Part shown: positions 56,313-64,000 of the stretch, in pieces | Layout: each line of letters starts with the position of its first letter | How positions within the stretch are numbered: the stretch's first letter is position 1 | NCBI GenBank assembly: GCA_002811645.1 | Contig: PDIP01000036.1 | Coordinates: 248,001-312,000, forward strand | From: Corallochytrium limacisporum Hawaii | Lineage: Eukaryota; Protista; Pluriformea | Length of the DNA: 64,000 nt | Direction of reading: 5' to 3' | Notes under the pieces: generated by a model | Told to the model about the DNA's origin: nothing | Seen by the model: only the letters and a program-made list of their open reading frames with translations | Database searches by the model: none | Made by a program: the position numbers and the translations under genes

Positions 56313-56984
56313 ATGCTAAAGGTTTTGCAACGCTTCACCGGGCGGCAAGTACACACGGGTAGTGTCCGACAGATCCGCTTTCGTAGTTACAAGATGAGCG
56401 AGTCGGTGCCGCAGATCATTCAGGAGGCCCAGAAGCCGTCCTTTGTTACAGAGCATGCCGCCAAGGGCCAGAGTCTGTTTACGGGAGGGTTCAAAATGAA
56501 GGTGTATGGAGTTGCCTTTCTTGGGGAAGGTGAGCCCGATACCGCTATTGAGGGAGTAGGTGAAGACTTGTCTGAGCTCAAAGAGCTAGCAGGACCAGCC
56601 AGTGAACTGATTTGGCAGTCAGAGACGGACTATGAGCTTGTGCCCTTTTTTGCAACTAGGAAGAGCAGTGGGCCTTTGACTGCCGAAGACCTGGTGAACG
56701 AGGCAGGGCTGAACACCGCTGTCTGGAATAGCAATAGAGAAGAGGTGCTGCGAATGGGTGATCCAGGGTCGGTCGATGGATTTTTGGTAGATCGCTTGCG
56801 CAGATGGAATGGCAGTGATGCGGATGGTGAAATAGAATGCATTCGTGATTTTGTCTTGTCTAAAAGCGACTGTATGGCAGTATGGTTAGGGAAGGGAATC
56901 TGCAATCCGGCCTTGCTGATGTTTGCAGGCACTGGCAAAAGTGGTCATATCGTCGGCTTCCTTACTGGAGCTGTCGAAACCTGA
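56313..56984 (+). CDS. NuiA-like nuclease inhibitor domain protein with putative mitochondrial presequence
   Basis: LIWQSETDYELVPF and the C-terminal GHIVGFLTGAVET align with Anabaena NuiA (LLFMSESEYPFEVF ... GNLAGISTKVVET, recalled from memory). Arg-rich N-terminus from ATG 56313; second in-frame ATG at 56394. Confidence 0.78.
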   Translation: MLKVLQRFTGRQVHTGSVRQIRFRSYKMSESVPQIIQEAQKPSFVTEHAAKGQSLFTGGFKMKVYGVAFLGEGEPDTAIEGVGEDLSELKELAGPASELIWQSETDYELVPFFATRKSSGPLTAEDLVNEAGLNTAVWNSNREEVLRMGDPGSVDGFLVDRLRRWNGSDADGEIECIRDFVLSKSDCMAVWLGKGICNPALLMFAGTGKSGHIVGFLTGAVET

Positions 56985-57065
56985 ACAGAGCGATATATTT
57001 CACTGTGTATACTACTAGTTTCTATATAAATGCATTTAAGAATTTGCCATGTACTCATTGGCGTG

Positions 57066-57794
57066 TCACCCTGTTGTCGATTTCGACGATGGTGAGAGTC
57101 CTCCGCTTTCCACGTGTTCAATCCATGGATTGATTATTCTTTTCAGAACCCGATCCATTAACCACGCAGTCAGGCCCCAGACGATCTCTGGCCCGCCCGT
57201 CCATCGAGGGACCTTTCCCGATATTCTGTAGGTGTTGTAGGTGACATTCTTGGGGTCCAGCAAATGACTAATGGGAAAAGTAAACGCTTGCTCAACTTCA
57301 TCTGGGTTGAGTTTTAAGGATTTCATGTCCAGGTCACCAAGATAGCCAACCACAGGTGTCACTGATGCTGTCTTGGTAATTTCCCATGCATCATTATCTA
57401 TTCCAAGGATTCTAATGTTCTTTGGATCCCACCCTAGTTCCTCCTCCATTTCCCTAAGTGCAGTGAACGTCAAGTCTTTGTCGGTGTCGTCCATCATGCC
57501 TCCTGGGAAACTAACCTCGCCGGAGTGCTTGTTCAACTTAGCAGACCGTAGTGTAAAGAGCACTGATGGAACACCATTGATCTTGCAGAAAGGTACCAGG
57601 ACTGCAGCCTGACGTTCTAACGTGACCGACTCACGCTTCCGTTCACTAAAAACTTTCTCACAAAACTGGAGGTGGTCCTCGCTAAGCATGGTATCCATGG
57701 CCCGCTGCGTTAGACATCCATGTGCGTACCTGCGTACGAAGAAGGTCCCAGGAGTGATCCTGCCTACGTAGGGTCGAACCAACAGGGGTAACAT
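57066..57794 (-). CDS. NUDT8: Mitochondrial CoA diphosphatase, Nudix NUDT8/NUDT7 family
   Basis: AAVLVPFC..GVPSVLFTLRS.KL.KHSGEVSFPGG, TALREMEEELG, LNPDEV and VWGLTA; presequence-like N-terminus from ATG 57794. Confidence 0.88.
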   Translation of the reverse strand: MLPLLVRPYVGRITPGTFFVRRYAHGCLTQRAMDTMLSEDHLQFCEKVFSERKRESVTLERQAAVLVPFCKINGVPSVLFTLRSAKLNKHSGEVSFPGGMMDDTDKDLTFTALREMEEELGWDPKNIRILGIDNDAWEITKTASVTPVVGYLGDLDMKSLKLNPDEVEQAFTFPISHLLDPKNVTYNTYRISGKVPRWTGGPEIVWGLTAWLMDRVLKRIINPWIEHVESGGLSPSSKSTTG

Positions 57795-60700
57795 GCCTGT
57801 TGTCCGGTAAAGTAGCAACCATTGGTTCCTATGACGTGCCCACGGTCATGTTTCTAGTTAATCACACAGCCCAACCCAAAGAACAAATTTTTCCGTTTGA
57901 GAAGTTCAACATGTTTGAAGTACCTTGTCATTGTGTCATATAGGTTGCCACAAATGCACGAATCCTTGCAGCGTCTCTGACCTTGGGACGCCAACACGAT
58001 ATGTGCAGAATCCCTGCCACTTGTTTCTAAGCCAGTCAGTAGTACCGGCAGCCAGCATGACGACAACGCCCGCTCTTGGAGGGTGATTCTATTCAAATCT
58101 TCCATATCCCGTCGAAGGAGGGTGTCTGGACGACCCGGCCCGCCGATCACTTCGTTCCAATTAGGGGTTTTTTTGGTTTGGTTTTTGTTTGTTGGGGGGA
58201 AGGAGGAGAGGGGATGATGAGCTTGACCGAAGCTCACTGATCGCCTTACAGTTAAGGGAGCTTGCTGAAAGAGAGATGTGGGAGCGGTCCAAAGGGTGCT
58301 ATGAAGAGATCTTTCACCGCCACCACCCAACCTCTCGTGATCGGCTTTAGGATGGCCGAAGGATGTCGATCGCCAACCCAAGCAACTAAGAGGAAAATCT
58401 TAAGCTTCAATTCGTGAGGTATCCATCGTCCTTCGTGGCCTCGACATTGTGAACAATTGTGCGCATCTCATACATGGTGGATACCAGGGATATAGGACAA
58501 GCATGACGCTCTGTGATCCGGTTCGGGACCTCTGAGGATTCTCGAAGTGGACCTGAGGCGCAGGTGGGATCAGATATTGCACTCGAGAACCAAGAAAGCG
58601 GACTCCTTTGTATCACCCCTGCTCTCTAGTGAGCAAAAAGGATCCCCATCCACACCTGCTCGTTTTAGAGGTCCATTTCACACGCGACGGGTGTTGTTTG
58701 ACAGATGCAGCAAATGTACGCGCAACTGCCACAGTGGCTCCACAAGGGATAGTGTGCCCCCGTTCGTGCCGTTGACTTCGACGTACGCGCACCGCCCCCC
58801 GTTCCCCTGCACTTACCATGTGTCCCCAACAACTCCGGAGCTTGACTCCTATTCCACTCCGACCACCAGTGCTTGCAAGACAAGTTGGCCCTCATATCCT
58901 GAGAGCTGGCTGTCCCGCTGGTTTCTTCGTTTTACTCCTCTTTCTGGCAAAGCGAGTTCCCTATGGAGCCACAATGGGATTGTCGCAGCCCGGCGATCAC
59001 GAAACCGTTAGGAGCGCCAGACACGGACAGTCTATGTGTCACATAGGGCGCGCGACAACAAGCAGTGCCCTTAGGGCCGGCCTACTGGACCCGAGGTCTA
59101 GGACTACTTCCATTGGCCGCTTCCACATTCTGTGGAAGGGTGACTAGGGGTGACAAGCTTTCCGTCCGCCTCTTCCACTACGGGTCGGTCAAGAGAACTG
59201 AGCGTTCCACGTCCAACTGCCCCCTTCTCACTCGTGCCCGGTTTCTCGTCGAACCCAAACAGACCGAAGGGAGAGTGAGAAGGAAAAAAACCTTCCACGT
59301 ACGACGTTGCCCGCCTCCACAAAGCCATTGAAAACGGACACCTAGGCTGTGGACGGTGCCATTTTTGGAGGAGGATAGATCGTAAACGGCTTCTGCAGTT
59401 TCTGTTTTGTTCGACAGTATCCAAACAATGGCGAATGTACGAGTAAAGGAGCCAAAGTCAGCGAAAGTAGTGAGGCCATAGCAAGGCACAATTAAGCCAC
59501 GGATGAAGAAAAATCGACTTCGCCCCAAGAAATGGCTGGAGTTGCGAAAGGACCGACACAGGAAGTCCTCACTTCCAGTATAGAATATGGTATCGACGCA
59601 TCCTTGGAGACGAGAAAATGAGCGAACGATCACAATGCACTTGCAAAACGGATGATTAGGCCAACTAACACATCAAAAAGCCGGAGACATCAGCAGGAAC
59701 AAGGGGGGTGGGGTTGAACCTCGAAACCACACACTCATAGTCCAGAACACGCCCAGTGTCACGATAGTCACCATCAGTACTAAATGTACTGCTATCTTCA
59801 CAACCTCTTTCGCCCAGCCCCAAAACCTCAGGCGAACGGTGTGATTTCTTGCTCTCCTCTGAGATATCCATCACGATTCTTGCATTGGTTGCTGAGAGGT
59901 TGCTACTACTGGAGCAGTGGTAAAACTACTTGCCTGGATACCCAATCGATAGTACAGCTACCTTGTTCCGTACGAGTCATGTCAAGTTCACTGTTGCGAT
60001 TTTCATGTATTTAATATTGAATGTACGGTCATATTTCTCAATGTTTATGTGTGCATTCTCGATCCACATGGTGTCAATTGGGATCACCTTGTTGTCTGCG
60101 CTGTACCGCGTGTGTCCTCCAAATGTCGATTCCTCCTGGCCACAACACCATCAGTAATTAATGTGCTAGACTTTTTGGCCCGTGTGTATATTCTCATGGC
60201 CTTGTGGTGAACTGTTCGTGCTTGGGTCCTGTCCCGTTCGCACACTCGTAAAGAGCACCCATTCTCCTATTTTTCTTCTTCATTCCGTGGTTACCAGTCG
60301 TGTTTCCGTATTTAAAGTATGAATTCTGTAGACAGCATCAGCAGATCGACAGTATATGTTTTTGCTTACTTCTGAAACAGCACTCGAAAGACTGATGGAG
60401 ATTGATTGTTATTGATGGCAGTTTACAACGACTATGAGTTGGTGCGGTGGTTTTGCGCAGGGTACGAGAGCAAAATTTTGCGTGGTGAAAAGGGAGTGAG
60501 AAACTGCGCAAGAGTTTCGGGACTATTTCACCACATGGTAAGGACCTCCTTTTCCTAAATGTGTACAATCACAGTACTGAATCAGTGGGTGGAAACTTCG
60601 TCAGGGCGCACGCGGCTCGCATACCTGCGTGTTGGGAAAATCATTCCATTCCTTAGAGTCTCTCCCTCTCCCCTCCCCACACTCCTCAGGCGGGACCCGG

Positions 60701-61923
60701 TGGGGCCCTGTCACCCACACAATTCTGCTCCAGGCATGGTTCTGTGCGCCAGATATAAGAATTGGAGATCCGCCATTGGTGGGGCGGCACCGGAGACCAA
60801 CCTGACCGAAACAAGAATGAAAAAAAAAAACGAATCAAAAGCAGGCAAACGGGCAGAAGAAATATAAGGACAAGGGCTTGGGGGAGGGGGGCGGGGGAAC
60901 CGGAAGAACGGGGAATGAGAAAGCGTGAGCGGCGTTGGTCCACTTGTCCCCGCCGAGGGAAGGGCAGGACTTCTTTTGGGTGTATAAAAGTCGATAAGTT
61001 GAGGGTTATGGCCATGAATTGTACCGCAATGGCGCATATCTACGACCAAAACCAACAGATCGTCGCGGACGGTCGGGCGAGGGAAAAGCAGGACAGGGGG
61101 TAACGGAGTGGACGTGGGGATAACGAGTGATTGTGATGTGGTGTGGTGAGACCATACCAAATCAAGCACCTCCTTGCGAAAAAAGGGGTTGAGGCCATAG
61201 AAAAAATGACTGGCCAGGTCCCCTATACGAGGGAGAGGAGGAGAGGGAAAGAGGGTCCGGCTGTTTATTTCCAGAGAACACCGGAGACGATAGGCGGGGG
61301 AGGAAGGAAGGGAGGAGGGGGAGAGGGGGAAGAAGAGGGACATTGAATTTGCATCTCCATGAAAAGCGCTGGTGAAATTTTCCATTGAAAGGGTATGCGC
61401 CTGTCGCTGGCTTTCTCCAACAGATTTCAGAGAAGATGAGGGGAAGGTCCCCATCCAATTAAAACGGGACGACCGGAATTTCCGAGATTTGGTGGAGCTG
61501 TCAAATCTATCGTTGGGCACCCAGAGTCGGCTGGAGTGAGAGCAGAGAGTCACAAGTGCACGACGATCTAGTAAGGCCGCTCTGGATACCAAGTGCGCAC
61601 AAAATCAAAAAATACCGGTGCCCTCAACTGTTTACCTCGAGTTCGTCGCTGTGTTGTGTAATGCTTAGTATCACATAGTCTTTTGTTTCGTTTCCTTTTG
61701 CGACACACACAGTGATTTGCTTAAGTGGTAGTTACGAGTTTCGTTGGCTACTTGAAACCTTTAATGGTATTCAGGTTGCTAATGGAAGATAACGATCCCA
61801 GGTAGAATACTAGACTATTGATAGCGAGGGGATCAAATCTTCCCCATCCGGTGAGTACGACGACGGTACATAATTATGAAGTAGAAAATGCAATAATCAA
61901 CTAGGGCCAAAGGGAAGTCAGAT

Positions 61924-64000
61924 ATGCCGCAAGTCTTGCGGAATACTTGGCGTTTAGTCCTTTTAGGACTTTTATTTGAGGCAGCCAACGGACAGATCGA
62001 ATGTCAGAATGGGGACCGGTTATTTCACCAGTTGACTGCTGGTTCCCCAAACATAACGTTACAGCATACGCGGACAAGTACCGGAGAGTACTTTGACAAC
62101 TTCATATGTTCCGCAATCGTTGAAAGTGATACAGATGCCCCGGTGTACGTCACATTTAGTTCCCTAGAATTGGAATGTATTTGGGACAAGTTGTTCATTT
62201 GGGATGGCCCTAACCCTACACCAGATACTTTGCTAGGTGCCTACTCCGGAGCAAACGTCGCTCCAACAACGGTGACTGCTGACAGTGGTGCAGCTCTCGT
62301 ATATTTCTACTCAGATCTCTTTGAAACATTTAGTGGATGGGAAATCAGTTTTTCATTGGAGGAACCTTCCGGGTTTGACTGTAGGGAGCAAACAACACAA
62401 ATATGTAACGACCAAGGACTTTGTTCACCTGGTGATGGTACATGCACTTGTGATGCAGATATAGAGGGTGAGAATTGTAGTATTGATGCCGCAGGAGATC
62501 ATTTTACCATCGACATCAACGAATCCTTCTCAGAATTTACAGATTTTGCTCGTGCACGAGCAGTGACGGTCGATACCGACCTTGGTATACTGAGTTTCGG
62601 TGGATATAACCCAAGGGCTGAGGCTGACGGAACGCAATTTTCATATAAATATGACCCGGAGACTTCTGCTTGGGCCCCCGCAATTGTGACTGGACCGGAA
62701 CTGTCATATCGGTATGGACATGCTGCCATAAAACGAGATGGGCGTGTGATCATTCACGGTGGTACAACGGCCAGTACATTGACCTCAAATGGATTGGGAA
62801 TTTATTCAGATGTTGACCTGCCTACCATTGCTTCCGAGGTTGTGGATAACGAGAGCTACCCGAGCCTCACTGGACATTGTGCCTTTGTTGATCCCAGCGA
62901 CGATTCCTTGTTACTACTATTTGGGTATGGTGATACTCTTGGATTTTTCCCCGGAGCAGTTCGCATTGACTTAACTGATCCTGAAGCCGCTGCGCAGTAC
63001 ATAGTTGGCGAGTTCAACGGTGACATACCAGCGCCACGCATGTTTATGAGTTGTGTACAGGATCCCACTACAGGCATCGTGTACATCCACGGCGGTCGCA
63101 CACGGACAACTGTCAGTAGTGAACTTTTCATGTACAATCCAGTCACAATGACTTTCAGTCTGTTGACTTCGGGCGCTCCGCAAACTTACTCGTCTTCTCT
63201 CACTCTCATTGGGAATCGTTTGCACATTATCGGTGGATCCGGTCCGACAACTCAGGTAGACGAATGCTACAGCAATGAATACGCTGTCTTTGACTTGAGT
63301 TGTCGGCAATTTGTTAGCAGCGCAGGAGAAACTCCGGGCTTGTCAGAGTTGCAAATTTTGCATCGAAAGGGCCATACTGCAGTGTTTAGGGAGACCGACC
63401 CGAAAGAGATTTTTATCGTTGGAGGTTACGCTGGACGTCCTCTGGAATCCGTCGTAAGACTAGAGATTAATGGATGCAATGGGTTCAGTACTCGGGATCG
63501 CTGTCTTAAGGCTCTGAGTACTTGCTGCTGGAATAACGGCACAGACACTTGTGACGAAGCTTCTGACTCAATTAGCACCTCAACTTGCGAGGCCTTCTGC
63601 GCAGACATTCCTCCTCAACCCTGCAATTCCATTTTCGATGCGGATGCGTGCAATGCAGACACAGCCTGTCAGTACTGCTATTCCGGCGGCGAGTGTCAAG
63701 CCGAAGAAGCAGATTGTAGCTCCCTCGTGCCTGCCACACCAAGCTGTGACAATATCTTGCCAGATGGCCTTGCCACACTGGTCAATGTAGATGTGTCGGA
63801 GCTTGACTGTGCTTCGTGTGCCGCTAGACAGGGATGCACCCTTGGTGAGAACGACCGTTCTCTCGATTGTGTCGACTGTGCGCAGACCACACCTGAAGGT
63901 GACTGCACAGCAGGCGAACCTGACTGCAAACCGAGCTGTGCAGACTTCACAACTTGCTATTCTTGTTTGGAAGAGGCCCCGGCTGACTGTTTGTGGTGCG
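61924..64000 (+). CDS. Attractin/MEGF8-like secreted or membrane protein (signal peptide, CUB, EGF, Kelch repeats, PSI); 5' part only, runs off the window
   Basis: Absent from the ORF track because there is no stop in the window. Manual translation gives MPQVLRNTWRLVLLGLLFEAANG, ELECIWDKLFIWDG...VYFYSD (CUB), CNDQGLC..CTCD..GENCS (EGF), RYGHAA/IHGG/HRKGHTA (Kelch) and C.SCL....CLWC (PSI). Confidence 0.85.
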   Translation, partial: MPQVLRNTWRLVLLGLLFEAANGQIECQNGDRLFHQLTAGSPNITLQHTRTSTGEYFDNFICSAIVESDTDAPVYVTFSSLELECIWDKLFIWDGPNPTPDTLLGAYSGANVAPTTVTADSGAALVYFYSDLFETFSGWEISFSLEEPSGFDCREQTTQICNDQGLCSPGDGTCTCDADIEGENCSIDAAGDHFTIDINESFSEFTDFARARAVTVDTDLGILSFGGYNPRAEADGTQFSYKYDPETSAWAPAIVTGPELSYRYGHAAIKRDGRVIIHGGTTASTLTSNGLGIYSDVDLPTIASEVVDNESYPSLTGHCAFVDPSDDSLLLLFGYGDTLGFFPGAVRIDLTDPEAAAQYIVGEFNGDIPAPRMFMSCVQDPTTGIVYIHGGRTRTTVSSELFMYNPVTMTFSLLTSGAPQTYSSSLTLIGNRLHIIGGSGPTTQVDECYSNEYAVFDLSCRQFVSSAGETPGLSELQILHRKGHTAVFRETDPKEIFIVGGYAGRPLESVVRLEINGCNGFSTRDRCLKALSTCCWNNGTDTCDEASDSISTSTCEAFCADIPPQPCNSIFDADACNADTACQYCYSGGECQAEEADCSSLVPATPSCDNILPDGLATLVNVDVSELDCASCAARQGCTLGENDRSLDCVDCAQTTPEGDCTAGEPDCKPSCADFTTCYSCLEEAPADCLWC

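Overview
Eukaryotic nuclear DNA, gene-dense and intron-poor, with about 20 recognisable protein-coding genes. A Src-family tyrosine kinase, an Attractin/MEGF8-like receptor, TRAP1, a class I (Fe-S) fumarase and near-intronless CDSs together suggest a unicellular relative of animals. A Corallochytrium-like organism is an inference, not verified. Gene order: an ~11.6 kb stretch without a recognisable gene, CAMKK/GRIK-like kinase, PRIM2, MRPS10, class I fumarase, ACAP-like ArfGAP, ubinuclein/Hpc2, an ~5 kb stretch of broken ORFs, a ~1000-aa orphan, TRAP1, V-ATPase subunit c, DOLPP1, IF1, RBX1, SPT4, Src, an assembly gap, N6AMT1, a 92-aa small ORF, WDR6/Trm734, a NuiA-like protein, NUDT8 and a partial Attractin-like gene. 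Most notable: (1) a bacterial-type NuiA nuclease-inhibitor domain behind a mitochondrial-type presequence, a candidate EndoG/EXOG inhibitor; (2) a small ORF overlapping N6AMT1 by an operon-style ATGA; (3) apparent short introns in the 5' leaders of many genes whose CDSs are intronless, including a multi-intron leader with a splice-created uORF on V-ATPase c; (4) recurring promoter motifs. No tRNA, rRNA, CRISPR array or identifiable transposon was seen. All family calls come from recognising motifs by eye; no database search was run.
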